Part shown: piece by piece, positions 27,827 through 43,190 of the stretch
Layout: the number at the start of each line of letters is the position of its first letter
Numbering within the stretch: position 1 is the first letter of the stretch
NCBI GenBank assembly: GCA_951406725.2
Contig: OX597814.1
Span: forward strand, 17,732,001-17,796,000
Origin: Octopus vulgaris
Lineage: Eukaryota
Reading direction: 5' to 3'
Length of the DNA: 64,000 nt
Program-made: the position numbers and the translations under genes
The notes under the pieces: model-generated
Database searches by the model: none
What the model was told of the DNA's origin: nothing
What the model saw: only the letters and a program-made list of their open reading frames with translations

Positions 27827-30800
27827 AGATAGATCAGATAGAAAGGGATAGATAGAACAGAAAAATAGATAGATAGATAAATAGATAGATAGATAGATAG
27901 ATAGATTTATTAAAACGTAAGGTATGGTTTGAAAGAAGTCTAGTCAGTGTTTCTGAGAGCTAGATTGATAATATGGATTCCAGCTTACACGATTTTTTTG
28001 TCATTGCATGTTAGGTTGAACAACGGAGAAAATAATTGAATAGTAACGCAACTAGAAAAATCAGAACGTTATTTTATGTCAAGTCGTACCAGTGTTTAGA
28101 AGATTTTTCTTCCCTATTCTTTCAATGTCGATAACTGTATCAAATATTGGAGTGAATTTGATTGACATTCTCTTCTTCCAAAACTTATGTTATTATGTCT
28201 ATGTCATTATGTCGGAAATCATCACTTTCTATTCTTATGGAATTAGTGCTTATCAAGACCATGGTATATTATTTTAATACAACTTCCAGTGTAAGTCTTT
28301 TCAGTTCATTTGAAAGAAAATATTAGTCTGATCTTTAGAAATGTTGAATTGTCAAAACGGACCCATTTCTCCACTTTCTTCTAAATTATACACTCTGTAT
28401 ATCTAATGGAAAAAGAACATTTCATTTTTTTTTATTCTGCTGGTAGTTATGTTTTTATGCAATGTTTGATTTTTGTGTGTTCAAATCCCGTCGGTATCAA
28501 CTTTTCTTTCTCGTCTTTCAGGTTCGATAAAATGTATAAGTAGTATTAATAGTAGTTCCACGCCAAGATTGTCTCCTTGAATATTCCTATGATCAAGAGT
28601 TTTTCAATCACAAGCATTCAATATTTTTAGGTCCTTAGCTACTCTTTCTAGTAGATTAATCACCTACACAGAGGTTCCTTCGCTGACTGGTATAATAAAT
28701 ATCAGTTATGTACTGTGGTTGATATTCTTGACTTATATTTCCTCTCTCCTCCCTCAAAATGCTTACCGTGCTTATGATTTTAAAAACGTTATATTGTGCT
28801 TAAATATTTCCATTGATTTTTTTTAAAAGAGAATTCGCAAGAAGATCTGATATCTATAGATTAATGCAACATGCAATTTGCGGTGGTTTCAAGGACAAAC
28901 TTTTCCAGCACTTAACACTTACTTCACAATATTCTTCAACAAAAATAAACTCAGCCTGTTTGGTGTCTGTACAGCCTGTCCACACTAATAACACAGGTAT
29001 ATTTTATCGGAGTCTCATTCTAGCCGTATGGGACATTTTTGAGGAAGTAAATATGATATAAAAGTTTGGAATAACAATATTAAGTCTGCCCATGAAATTA
29101 ACGTTTACTTTGACTGATTCTTTCTCAGAACTAACAGCTAAAGTCCGGTTTCAGATTCGTTGAAAAAAAAAAACGTTCTTCAAACACGAAATAAGCTCTC
29201 AAAATTCTAATAAAAGAAGAAATATGAATGAGTGGGAGTTCTATATATTTTTTCAATATATAATGTAATACTAAAATAATTAAAACTGTTTCCTTCGGAA
29301 AATAAAACCTTATCGCGATCTCGTCTTTGCGAGTGCTTATCTTTCTTCAAAAATGCGCATCATCATTTTTGTTCGAAGCAACCAGTGTTTTAAGAGTTAT
29401 CGTTATTGTACAAGAGACTCAATCTCTGCATTAACACTATTTTATCCGCCGCGAAGATGGGAAGGAAATACAAAGTTGAGTTAGAATTTGAACTCAGGAC
29501 CAATGGAGAAACTATCGTTATACATTTTACTCCAGTTTTCTACTTGCATTCTTAGAAATCAATAATGACTTCTTTTGTTTGTTCAATGTTTATACAGTCG
29601 CCATCTTTTCGATGTAAGTCAATTGGTTGGATTCTAAGTTTTCAGAAACCTCATAGATTTTTATTTAAAAGTTCGTATAAATGATGTTTGGTTATTATTG
29701 TTATTGTTGTTATTGTCTTTCGTTGTATTTGTCTTTGATGGCGACGACGATGGTGATTCTGATTTTGTGGTTATTATTGGTAGTGACGTTATTCATGTAG
29801 TTATTTCTTTACAAAGTTCATAGTTTGCCAGTGTAAGATAGTAATAAATTCATTGCACATTGGCTAGAGAAGCAACATCTCTAACACATACACATAGCTA
29901 AGGTCAGAGATACAAATATTTGAGGCGAGGTCAGACAGCCAATTCAATATATGAAGATCATTCTAAGCTCTTGGCACATTATTTATTACTCGGCGAGCAT
30001 TTTCACAACATATATCTTTTCTACACAGCTCGTTATACGCCAAGACAATTCTTTCATTTCATTCAATTTGAATAAAAAAAAGAATAGAACATAAAAATAA
30101 ATAAAACCAATACCTACAAAAACAACCCATCTTTAGTGTTTGGATTCGCTAAGAACTCAAATAACAACAGATCGATATCAATGGTTTTTCAATCAATATT
30201 TCGTTGCTGAACGCAATGGGTGCCTTCGGAGAAAGAGGTAAAGGTGCTAGTCATCTGAGTCTGCAGCCCGGGTTCGAAATCTGTTTGAGCTAACAGCGAT
30301 AAAATGAAGTCGTGAACATCACAATACCATATTTATATTTCCCGTAACAGTAAAATACAAAGCCAAACTGACTAACTTGAATTAAACTAAGATTTTAACG
30401 TTAAACGTTATATAGTTAAAAATTACGTAGAATACGAGACCTGTTGATGATGTGGTTTAGAATCTCACTTGAAATTATGATCGCTTTAATTAAACATCTT
30501 TGATAGAAAAACACCACGAACACCGCAATTTTGCATCTATTCATAGAATAATTAAAAAGGTGCTCAAATACTCTACAGTCTGTAATTATGAGTATACTTC
30601 CTACCATTGTTGACGATGTCTTTCATTCATCAGAGATCGATAAAATAAAATAACAATATATTGGATTCAATCGATTTTACTTCTCGCTTAAAAATTTGAT
30701 TCTATCGTGCTAATATACAAAGTAAAACCAAAAAGTCATTGTCACTCTGATCATCTTCATCGCCGTCGTTGTTATCATGATAATTGCTTACGCCGCATGG

Positions 30801-30974
30801 AAACACCGATTTTGATGACCGATTGCAAGATATGTTCTAGCTGTGACCATAATGGTCATGTTGGTCATATTGCACATACAATATAATGCATTTTGGACTA
30901 AACTGTCCAAATTTCCAATCATATTTATTATTACCTTTTTTTTTATTTTTAGTAGATTGTTTTGTAAATACATG

Positions 30975-31048
30975 ACCAAAGCCTTGTAAGTGGATTTGGT
31001 AGACGGAAACTGAAAGAAGCCAGTCGAATATATATGTGTATGTGCGTG

Positions 31049-31097
<49 letters not shown>

Positions 31098-31285
31098 GCT
31101 TATCTAGGCTTGTCCTTTCACCATCGCTTGACAACCGATGCTGGTGTATTTACGTCCTCGTAACTTGGGAGTTCGTCAAAAGAGAACGATTGAATGAGTA
31201 CCGGGCTCAATTTGTTCGACTAAAGTGGTACTCAAGCATGGCCGCAGTCAAATGACTGAAATAAGTAAAAACAAAATAAAAGAAT
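30975..31285 (+). mobile_element. SINE family A, 5'-truncated, diverged
   Basis: accaaagccttgtaagtggatttggtagacggaaactg...gcatggccgcagtcaaatgactgaa. Confidence 0.85.
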
Positions 31286-31294
31286 AAACGATTA

Positions 31295-31443
<149 letters not shown>

Positions 31444-32077
31444 GTATATCTACTCATTTTTATCCAGATAAGCATGTGCAAATATAAACGTTTTTGAATT
31501 TCTCCAACGAGAGAATGCCCTCACATAAAAGGAGCAAGAACAATGGCATATATATGTAATAGGAACAGCAAAATAGCAACAACCTCACGCCCGTCTCTCT
31601 CACCACCACCACTACCATAACTACAAGCATCTCTAACACAACCAACTTCACTCACTATCAACAACAATAACAAGAACATTGGTTAAAAACAAAAGGCTAA
31701 CAGCAAAAAAAAAAAAAAATCACATCAGTCACAGCATCAACAGTATGAGTAAGGTTTTATATAATAATGTCTGTCATTTGGTGCACAAGGATTCAGAACA
31801 AAAGGAAGGAATGACATGATAAAAAAAAAAATCTTTGAAAAATATTCACAGATATATTTGTCATGGTCACATGCTCTATCTCAGAACAAATGGTGCCAGT
31901 GAACCATTCATTGGAACCACTTGCCTGTTTTCCTTTGTCTATTTTCCTTTCTTTCTCTCATCTAATCATTCATATATTTTTCCCTCTGGCTACATTCATT
32001 CATCTATCTACCTACTTGCCTATGTTTTATTCATCTAGTCATCCATTCATTCAATCATTCATTTACCCTTTGAATAC

Positions 32078-32155
<78 letters not shown>

Positions 32156-32619
32156 GCTTTTCTGTCTGTCTATCTGTCTGTCCATATGCCTTTCTATCTA
32201 TCCATCTATTCATCCACCTATCCATACATACATACATACATTCGTGTATACATACATACATACATACATACATACATACATACATACATACATGCATACT
32301 TATAAACGTCTGCTTATGTGAGACTACATCCAAACGAAGATCTTTCCGACGATAATGAAAGAAATACATTTTTAATATAGAGTTAAAATGTATAATTTTT
32401 GCTAAGGCCTTCCATAGGAACCAACGTCTCATGTCTAATGACTTTCTTCTGAAGTTCAGTTTGAAAACTAGCCACTAAGTACAGATTCTAGAAACTTTAA
32501 AACTTAAGATTGTGGAGCTTAAAATACTTTACGTACCTCTCTCTCCCTATCTCTCTCCCTCTCTCTCTCTCTGTATATATACATACATACATACATACAT
32601 ACATACATACATACATACA

Positions 32620-32715
<96 letters not shown>

Positions 32716-33335
32716 TGATTGATTCTAGTTTCAGCTCATGAGCTGTGGCCATGCTGGGGCACCGCCATATATATAGGTTGAAAAAATATTACCGGTTTCG
32801 ATTAATCTCATCTTATCAAATATCAGTAAAAATTTATAAAAATTTGAAGTAAAAACAGTTTATCTTTTTTCTAGAGGTCAAAAACATGTTCTTGACCCCC
32901 AGACAGAAGATAAACTGAAATGTCTTACACTTACTTCTGTACTATTTCCACCTCAATCTTGTATATATATATACTTTATTGAGGGTAAACATGGCAACCA
33001 ATGGTTCCATGCGGAAGAGATCTCCACAATTGTTCGAGCGAACCACGTAAAAATGTTGGTACACGTCTCCGTTTTGGACGAAATTGCATGAGGTTACGCG
33101 AGCAGTCACTGAGCACTCATTCTGCCAGCTCGATTCTAGCATATTATATATATATATATATAACAGAGTATGTACGCGCCAATATTAGTGTGTTTGTGAA
33201 TATGTGCGTGTAGAAGGTTCATGATAAAGTACGTGTGTAGTTTTCCATGTATGTATTCATCTATCACTCTATATTTATGTATATATATGTTTTAATGGAT
33301 TGATATACCAACATACATACATGCATTCTTACATT

Positions 33336-33375
<40 letters not shown>

Positions 33376-33986
33376 TATAAGTATATATATGCTTTACTAC
33401 TTTATAGTTACTAGTGATTTCATCCCTGTTGAGAATCCTCTACAATAGCCATCTTGTATTGAGTTCTTTGTGTATAAGCGATAGTAATACTACGTAAAAA
33501 CTAACCAACTGTTTCTCTGTGTATATGTGGCGGAGCGGGTAAGGGTTAGAGTTTTCTTTATAAGTAGCGTGAGAGAAATAGTGAGAGATAGAGACACAGA
33601 CATCTCAGTGTACATGTGCTTATATATATATATATATATATATATACATACATGCGCGCGCATACACTCATCACAGCCAAATGTATAGATTCGCCTTGTA
33701 TGAATGAATCTATACTCACAAGAAAAAAAAGTCCTCTCGTTTATTTACTGTACACAACGTCTGTCCATTAAATACAACAGACGGCAGTCATATTGCACCA
33801 CCGCCACCACCTCTCCATCTCTAACCCTCCTATCCTCTCCCTATCCCTCCTTCACATTTTCTCTCACTTCCCCTCTCTCTCTCTCTTTTACATCATTGTT
33901 TTATAACCTAAGGCTAGGTTATCGTCCTCTGTGGGAAAGGGTGCGTTTGGGTGTATTGTTATAAGGTTGATTTCTTTTTCGATTAC

Positions 33987-34043
<57 letters not shown>

Positions 34044-34228
34044 CATTGTCGTTTTTGTTGTTGATGATGATGCTGTTGTTTTGTTGTTATCTCTTTTGTT
34101 TTTGTTTCATTGTACATTTATAAAGGTCCTTCCTTGTTAACCATTATTCCGGAAAAAATTGCCCCGAGGGGAAGTGTTTCCTCCATCCATATATATATAT
34201 ATTTTTTTTTCTTTTCTCTTCTCTTACG

Positions 34229-34328
34229 TATGCATATACGTACACTTGTGTGTATGTATATACGTAAGTATATATATATATATATATACTTACGTATATA
34301 CATACACACAAGTGTACGTATATGCATA
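34229..34328. repeat. Perfect 100-bp palindrome centred on (TA)10
   Basis: tatgcatatacgtacacttgtgtgtatgtatatacgtaag-(ta)10-cttacgtatatacatacacacaagtgtacgtatatgcata; same peptide appears on both strands in the ORF track. Confidence 0.95.
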
Positions 34329-34401
34329 TATATATATATGTATAAATATATATAGATATAGATATATATAGATATAGATATAGATATATAGATATACATA
34401 C

Positions 34402-34498
<97 letters not shown>

Positions 34499-34975
34499 TG
34501 TATGTATGTATGTATGTATATATGCATGTATGTATGTATGTAAGTGCATATGTAAGCCAGTGTATGTCATACATGATCTACATACACACATGGAGGAGTC
34601 TTTTGTTTTCTTGAGCGTTTCTCGTTGTTGAAAGATCTCTTTATTTGTTGGTTTGTGTGGGGAGGCACAGGGTATGTGTGTGGTTCTGTGTGGTTGTGTC
34701 TTTTTTTGTCTCAGTGGTCAACTGTGCCACTTGATCCCAGAAATCTCCTTAATGGTGAAACTGCTGTTACTGCTGTTGTTGCTGCAGCTGCTGAATTTGC
34801 TGTTGCTGCTGCAGTTCTTTCTTTTTTCCCATCTTGCTGCTGCTGAGATTTGTGCAATGGAGTATGAATTTTAAAATCAGCCGCTTTTTAGCCTGATGAA
34901 AAAAAAATTTTTTTAAATATGCAAAAGTATAATGATGATGATGAGAAGGAGGAGGAAGAGGAGGAGGAGGAGGGC

Positions 34976-35061
34976 GACGACGACGAAGAGGAACTTGGCT
35001 ATGGCGATGATAATGAGGGGGTAGAAGGAGGGTTTGGAGAATAAGGATGACAACTACGGCA

Positions 35062-35094
<33 letters not shown>

Positions 35095-35262
35095 CTGATG
35101 ATGATGATGATGACGATGATGATGATGGCGACGACGATGATGCTGACGACGACGAAGATGGACTTGGCTATGGCGATGATGATGAGGGGTAGAAGGAGGG
35201 TTTGGAGAATAATGATGACAATGACGGCAATGATGATTGATGATGATGATGATGATGATGAT
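34976..35262. repeat. Two-copy ~170-bp tandem duplication within a (GAT/GAC)n tract
   Basis: acttggctatggcgatgat...ggtagaaggagggtttggagaataa occurs twice, ~170 bp apart. Confidence 0.85.
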
Positions 35263-35885
35263 GGGGGGACGACGAGGGGGTGGTGATTTGAGTGTAATTT
35301 CCAGTGTTTCGAACGACTGTACAGTGAAGGGTTGTATGTTGAGATTGATTTGCTTATTATTCCTAGCAGCTCGAGTGATGGTTTCTCATGTTTTTATTTT
35401 TACTTGGGCTGGTGGGATGTAGTTGCTATTTCTAATAATGTGTGCAGCAACAGGAAGGTACTCGTATTGGTTAATCGTTGATATTATCGTTATTATTGTA
35501 GTTCTGTAGTCGTACGTCAGCCCGGATCGAACTAACTGATGGTCAAAAGCCTTGTTCTCGGTAGTGTTATGTTGTTAATATTGTTTTTTAAATTAAGTTG
35601 TTCATTTAGGGTCAATGTAGATCAGGTTTTATTATCATCGTACATCGTACAAATACAATGCAACTGTCTTTCAAATGTGTTGAGGGAATAGTAACGAAAG
35701 CGTGTGGACAAGAAGTGTTATGATTGTATAACTTGTTGTTCGTGTCATGCTTTAAGACTACCACGACTCAAAAATTGCTTTCTACGCCTGGTTCTTGCTT
35801 GGTGCGCCCTGAGAGGCAGATGAGAAATATCTGAATCAAGAATCTTTTCGTAAATGTGACAAAGATACGTCTTTTAAGCTATGGG

Positions 35886-36279
35886 TTACTCTTTACTCTT
35901 TTACTTGTTTCAGTCATTTGACTGCGGCCATGCTGGAGCACCGCCTTTAGTCGAGCAAATCGACCCCGGGACTTATTCTTTGTAAGCCCAGTACTTATTC
36001 TATCGGTCTCTTTTGCCGAACCGCTAAGTTACGGGGACGTAAACACACCAGCATCGGTTGTCAAGCAATGCTAGGGGGAACAAACACAGACACACAAACA
36101 CACACACATATATATATACATATATACGACAGGCTTCTTTCAGTTTCCGTCTACCAAATCCACTCACAAGGCATTGGTCGGCCCGGGGCTATAGCAGAAT
36201 ACACTTGCCCAAGATGCCACGCAGTGGGACTGAACCCGGAACCATGTGGTTGGTTAGCAAGCTACTTACCACACAGCCT
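35886..36279 (-). mobile_element. SINE family A, near full length, young
   Basis: Reverse complement closely matches 16234-16658 and 50864-51155. Confidence 0.92.
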
Positions 36280-37036
36280 CTAACTTCGCTGAATTAATAT
36301 AGGTATTCTTCTCTTATCAGCTGGTTGAGCAACGTTGTGAATTAGACTGTGCAAGGCTTACGGCTTTGGCAAGCTTTCTTCCCAGGGCAGGCCACAGTGT
36401 TGAAAACTTGCAGAAATATTTTGAGGTCATTCATGAAGCTGTGCTCCCCTTGCACATTTCCTGATTGAGTTCGTCCTCTGGTTTTGACACACGTCTGATA
36501 CATCCAACCTATCTTCCCTAAACCGTCTGCAAGTGAGCGTACCAACTTCAGGATTGGGATATTAGTTTATTGAAGTACCTCAGTTCAAGGGATTTTATTA
36601 TTCCTTGGGAGGTGCAATATGAATGGCGAAACTTATATAACCTAACTATATTTGAGGTACTGTATAATTTCAAGGAGGATATTACACCCTGTCTTTTTAG
36701 TACTTTACAAACCCCACCCATTTTCCAACATCTATTTCACATCTTTTCTTTTCATCTGTATATTCTTGTGGAGCTGCAGAATCAGAAAACCGCACGAATA
36801 AAATATTTTATGGAATTTAGTCGCGTTCCTTCTCGTTCTGCGGGTAAAATTCACAACTTTCATGCCTTCGGATTCGATAAAACAAAGTACTATTGAGGAA
36901 TCGACATAAATTAGACTTGACCTTACCACACGGTTTGTGACCTGGTACCTATACGAATGTTAGCAGTGGATTAGCAGATTCAATAAAGCGTCGGCCAAAA
37001 TGCTCTTTACATTTAGAGTTCAAACCGTGGCGTCAC

Positions 37037-37540
37037 CTCTACAAGGTTCAAGTGAAAGCCGCCATGGAGCTCTAATACATCCACATCTAGGAACAGTGCG
37101 GTTGCTACTCACAGTGATATCCAGGACAACATCAAGAGAATAGCAGTCAGTTGAAGGATTGGCTTACAATCGTCCCTCTGGTCCACTGATATGCTTCTTC
37201 TCCTCTCTGCCCTTTTTTAAAGCTACGACATTGGTCCTGCTCCATGGTGTTGGCTGATCCCCTTCTAAGTCTATTCAAGCATTTTCGACTCATGCACCTC
37301 TCCGCCTTTCATCGTTCCTAATGCGTCGACCCTCCACCGCCCAGTAAACCACCTCATCAACTACTCCCTAACCTACTCCCTGCACATGTCATTCCTGCAA
37401 TGGTCGACTTGCAACAGTTTAAGCAGAACGTTAACGGTATCACTCTCACCGGTCTCAGAGGGCTTGTGAAAGCCATGGGCACATCTCCTTCCTCTAGACC
37501 TAACTAATAACAGAAAGCATAACTAAAAAAAAAAAAAAAA
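37037..37540 (+). mobile_element. Decayed non-LTR retrotransposon 3' end (CR1/Jockey-group-like ORF2 C-terminus) with polyA tail
   Basis: Remnant peptides LYKVQVKAAME and LPAHVIPAMVDLQQFKQNVN resemble post-RT motifs LYKAQVRPxMEY and LPxxVFPxxxDLxxFKxxVN; A16 tail at 37525-37540. Confidence 0.6.
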
Positions 37541-38014
37541 CATACCGACACAAACATGATCCCTCACTTCGTACACAACCACATTGTAATCTAATGCACT
37601 CTCACAGCCCTCCATAAGAGATATGCCTCTGCACATCTGTTAACTATCAAACTTAATATTTTTTTACATATAGGCAGATAGAAGCACACATATATTCACA
37701 TACATGCACTCATACACAAATGCAGACAACGCACATACTTTCTGAGATCTGAATACAACTTTTGAAAGAGCACCAAAGATATGTGTATGTGTGTGCGTGC
37801 GTGTGTGTGTGTGTGTGCGTTTGTGTACGTACGTGTGTATATATGTACGTACGTATGTATGTATGTATGTTTAAAAACAATACGAAGAAAATAACACCAG
37901 AAATAATCATAAACAAAAATTCACGTAAAAATGAAAATGTTTTTTTGCAGTGAAACACGAGTCAAATACAAACACACTCACACACATAACTATTTATGTG
38001 TGTGTCTATACGTG

Positions 38015-38085
<71 letters not shown>

Positions 38086-38423
38086 TATATATATATATAC
38101 ATATATTTGTAGGTACATATATATATGTATGTATATATATATATGTATATTTATGTATGTGTATTTGTATATATGCACAGTACATACATCTGCAGACTTT
38201 TCTCAATGTCTCACTCTTACCCGTCATAACATATTGATATTCTCTCTTTCTTTCTTTACTAAATTGCTGTCCCTTTGTATATCTTTCTCTCTGTTTATCT
38301 CTCTCTCTTACTCTCTGACTCCCTCTTTCTCTCTCACTCTCTCTCTCTCTCTCTATCTATCTATCTATGTCTATCTATATCTATTTATCTGTCTATCCAC
38401 CCATCCGTCCATCTATCTGTCTG

Positions 38424-38501
<78 letters not shown>

Positions 38502-39463
38502 CATCTGCTTAACTTTGAGCTTGACTCTCACATTCGTACACTAAGACAAAACAAAATACTATTAAAAACCCATATACGTATATTTGTGTATGCATAAATG
38601 TGATATAGTAGTCTAAACTAAACAGTTGAGAAATGATTGGAATACAGATAGATGCACACATACATACATATATCTGGGTGCGAGTGTGTGTGTGTGTACA
38701 CGAAGAAAACAAAAGGAGAAATTAAAACCAACAGCAACAACTGCCATAGCAAGCAAAACAAATCAACATGGCGTTGTTTGGCATCTATCTCAGAAGCCAA
38801 TATCTATTAAACTTCACAAAACAGAAGAAAACACCATTATAATACAGCGAGTGAATAAACGTACACCGTTCGAGAAAAGAAATTTAAGGGGAAAAAAATA
38901 TATGGATTCTACGCAATATAACACGTGCATCCGGTCAAAACTTACTCAACACGTGTTTGAAACAATGAAATGCATACACGTAAGAAAAAAATCAAAATAA
39001 ACGAAGACAAAAAAACTACAAGTTGGTGGAAAGAGAATAAAAGTAGATTTTTTTTTTAAATTTCGCTTTTTATTTTCATTTTTTATTCAGTTGTTAATTA
39101 TATTTAAATTTTCTTTTGATATATTTATAGTCTAACTTCGGTTACATTTTGTGTATTTTTCCCTCGGTTTTTGGTTTTAATCTAGCATCTGTTTTGTGGT
39201 ATCAAGATTGATAGTTCTTTCTCTTGTGTGATAGATCTCGCCAACTTTCTTGTCACTGTAGATCTAAGTAATTAACCGGTAAGATATGAAGTTAGGAAAT
39301 ATTATATCATTCCGGCGGGCGGACAGATGGATGGGTATGGTATATGTTTGTTTGAATCTATGTACATATGTATATATCTATGTATGTATATAGGCAGGTA
39401 TGTATATCTCTGTGTGTATGTATGCATCTTTTAAGTACAAACAACTGTATGTACATAAATACA

Positions 39464-39529
<66 letters not shown>

Positions 39530-39612
39530 TACACATATTTATATATGAAAACATATACCTATGTATATATGTATACATTTATGCACGTATGTATGTATGC
39601 ATATATATATGT

Positions 39613-39656
<44 letters not shown>

Positions 39657-39730
39657 TTACATATACATATACATATATATACGTATATAAGTGTATATAC
39701 ATATATATATACATATACATATATATATAC

Positions 39731-39843
<113 letters not shown>

Positions 39844-40517
39844 TGTCAATGAATGCATTTGGGAATTTAACTGATAAATTATATATGTGTTTATGAATGC
39901 ACACACATACACTCACTCACTCACAGATATTGTTTCTCCAGTTACTTTGTCTTCCCATCCCATATATATGTCTGTCAAAACAATGTGAGATCCAATTTAA
40001 ACATACATTATCTGGAGTTTTAATTTTTTTTTTTTTTTTTTTTTTTTTTCACTTCCATTTGTATTTAGTTTACATTTTTACTTATCGCAGTCCCTTGAAA
40101 TATGACAATTCTAAATTTAAAATACTCGTAAACAAGAACAGCATATTTCTACCGATATCACTGATTCATATATATTCAGTTAGTGTACGTATTTAACACA
40201 TAAGCATACACACATTCACACATATACATATACAAACCATGCTTATGTGTGTATACTATTGTGCGTGTATGTATGCGTGTCTTTCTGTCCGCGTGTTCGT
40301 GTGCAGACATACAAGCATGAAAAACTTTACAATTTCGCCGTAGATTGGACAGCCTTTATCGGTTCTCATCAGTGGTCTAAAACATCATTTGACTAATCCC
40401 AGAGAAGCAAATCAAATCCAGTAACTCCAGAGAACTGGAGCTACTAATTTGCATAATATAAATGTTTAAAACTGTTATTGAATATATAAATAATATTATA
40501 CATACATATATATATAT

Positions 40518-40696
40518 AGTTAATCCAAACAAGAAAACACAAAAAAACACAGCAACGCGAGGACGTGGAACAAATAAAGTATTATTGGACGCTCAGGAAA
40601 GAAGGGAAGGAGGGTTTAACGTTTCGAGCGGAGCTCTTCGTCGGAAACAAAGGAGAAGGAAAGATCCCGAGAAGGGTAGACAGAGGAAAAAAAAAA

Positions 40697-40697
<1 letters not shown>
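40518..40697 (-). mobile_element. Penelope-like terminal repeat (family E), second copy
   Basis: Near-identical to 3447-3627; hammerhead-like motif at 40614-40648 differs only in loop II. Confidence 0.65.
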
Positions 40698-40785
<88 letters not shown>

Positions 40786-40788
<3 letters not shown>

Positions 40789-41087
40789 AGGCTCATGGCC
40801 TAGTGGTTAGAGCAGCGGACTCGCGGTCGAGGGATCGAGGGTTCGAATCTCAGACCGGGCGATGTGTGTGTTTATGAACAAAATACCTTAGCTCCACGCG
40901 TCTCCGGCAGAATGTAATGGCGAACTTCTGCTGACTCTTTCGCCACAACTTTCTCTCACTCTTTCCTCCTGCATTTGGCAGCTCACCTGCGACGGACCGG
41001 CGTCCCGTCCAGGTGGGGAACCTATACGCCAAGGAAACCGGGAAACCGGCCCCTATGAGCCAGGGATGGCTCGAGAAGGAATAAACA

Positions 41088-41088
<1 letters not shown>
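40786..41088 (+). mobile_element. SINE family C (tRNA head; V-domain-like gcgacggaccggcgtcccgtccagg)
   Basis: A box tggcctagtgg, B box ggttcgaatc; homologous to 63386-63667. Confidence 0.9.
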
Positions 41089-41125
<37 letters not shown>

Positions 41126-41595
41126 GTATGTACGTGCGTACATACGTACATATGTACGTAAGTATGTGTTTGTGTGTGTATGTGTATGTGAACATACAGA
41201 GATAGATAGATAAATAGATACATATACACAGAAACATACACACGTGGATACACATACATTTGTAAATATACAATTATATTCCAATCTGGTGAAAGCAGTC
41301 TTGTACGTTTGCTAAAAATTTCATTCTTGGCAAGCAGCATCAATTATTCGCCCATCATTGTACTTAATGTGATATAAAATGCAGTAAAAAAATTCATGTT
41401 TCATGGATACTAGACAGCATTTGCTTCTAAAGACCAAGACCCGTAGATAAACATACAACCAGTGCATAAGCAAACTCAAACAGACAGATAGACAGAGGGA
41501 CATACATACATACAGACAGACAGACAGACAGACAGACAGACTAATAGATAAAGAGAGAGAGAGAGAGAGAGATCGTGTGTGAGAGGGAGAGAAAT

Positions 41596-41959
41596 CTAAA
41601 CACAGAGGGGACAAACAAGGACAGACATAGGTATTAAGTCGATTACATCGACCCCAGTGCGTAACTGGTGCTTAATTTATCGACCCCGGAAGGATGAAAG
41701 GCAAAGTCGACCTCGGCGGAATTTGAACTCAGAACGTAACGGCAGACGAAATACCGTTGAGCATTTCGCCCCGGCGTGCTAACGTATACATATTACATAT
41801 ACATACGAGGTCTTTCTCCCTTTCTCCTTCTCTCCTTCACATGCACACATACATATATAACATAGGTGTTCAAATGGGTATTTATGAGCTTCTATGTTTG
41901 TGTATAAGAGTATATGTTTGAGTGTGTGTTCGCGCGTGCGCGCCAGTGCGTGTTCCTAG

Positions 41960-41991
<32 letters not shown>

Positions 41992-42165
41992 TATGTGTGT
42001 GCCTTCGTGTAATACCTAAAATATTCATGCATCAGATTTCTCATTTCGGAATGAGTTCATCTTTTAATGTAATTTACAATATATTTCTTTAATTTTTTTT
42101 TTTGTTTATCATCATTGTCACCATCAACATCACCACCCCCATCATCATCTTCATCATTATCATCA

Positions 42166-42237
<72 letters not shown>

Positions 42238-42911
42238 TATTATTATTATTATTATTATTGTTGTTGTTGTTGTTGTTATTATTATTATCATTATATAATA
42301 TTACAAATTATATTACCCACAAATGTGGTTGATTATTATAATATCTACGATGATGTGACGACAATGATGATGGTTATCCCCCACCATCACCAGCACCAGT
42401 ACCACCACCACCACCACCACCACCGCCGCCACCACCGCCGCCATCTCACTAACAAGGACAGCAACAACAGAACTGACAATAATAATACATGGCTTCTAAA
42501 CTAATGAATGAATATACATATTTATTTCTTTATTGCCCACGGAGGTACTAAACATAGAGGCGACAAACAAGGACAGACAAAAGGATTAAGTCGATTACAT
42601 CGATTCCAGTGCATAACTGGTACTATTTAATCGACCCTGAATGGATGAAAGGCAGAGTTGACCTCGGCGGAATTTGAACTCAGATAGTAACGGCAGACGA
42701 AATACCGTTGAGCATTTTGCTCGGCGTGCTAACGTATAACATATTACACATACGTACGAGGTCTTTCTCCTTTTCTCCTTCTCTCCTTCACATGCACACA
42801 TACATATATAACATAAGGTGTTCAAATGGGTATTTATGAGCTTGTATGTTTGTGTATAAGAGTATACGTATGAGTGTGTGTTCGCGCCTGCGCGCCAGTG
42901 TGTGTTTCTAG

Positions 42912-42954
<43 letters not shown>

Positions 42955-43148
42955 TGTGATATGTGTGTGCCTGCGTGTAATACCGAAAATATTCATGCAT
43001 CAGATTTCTCATTTCGGAATGAGTTCATCTTTTAATGTAATTTACAATATATTTCTTTAATTTTTTTCTTTGTTTATCATCATCGTCACCATCAACATCA
43101 CCACCCCCCATCGTCATCTTCATCATTATCATCATCATTATCATTATA

Positions 43149-43190
<42 letters not shown>

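Noticed and set aside
36321-36545. GC-richer block with short ORFs on both strands
   Set aside because: Possibly a decayed LINE remnant but motifs too weak to call
40333-40372. Canonical CTGATGA...GAAA on the minus strand
   Set aside because: Stem II is imperfect and no stem I/III partner with an NUH site could be found
40786-40860. tRNA-like sequences here and near 63388, 55480, 51195, 30220
   Set aside because: A/B boxes continue into shared SINE bodies or are decayed; no complete cloverleaf, so SINE heads rather than tRNA genes
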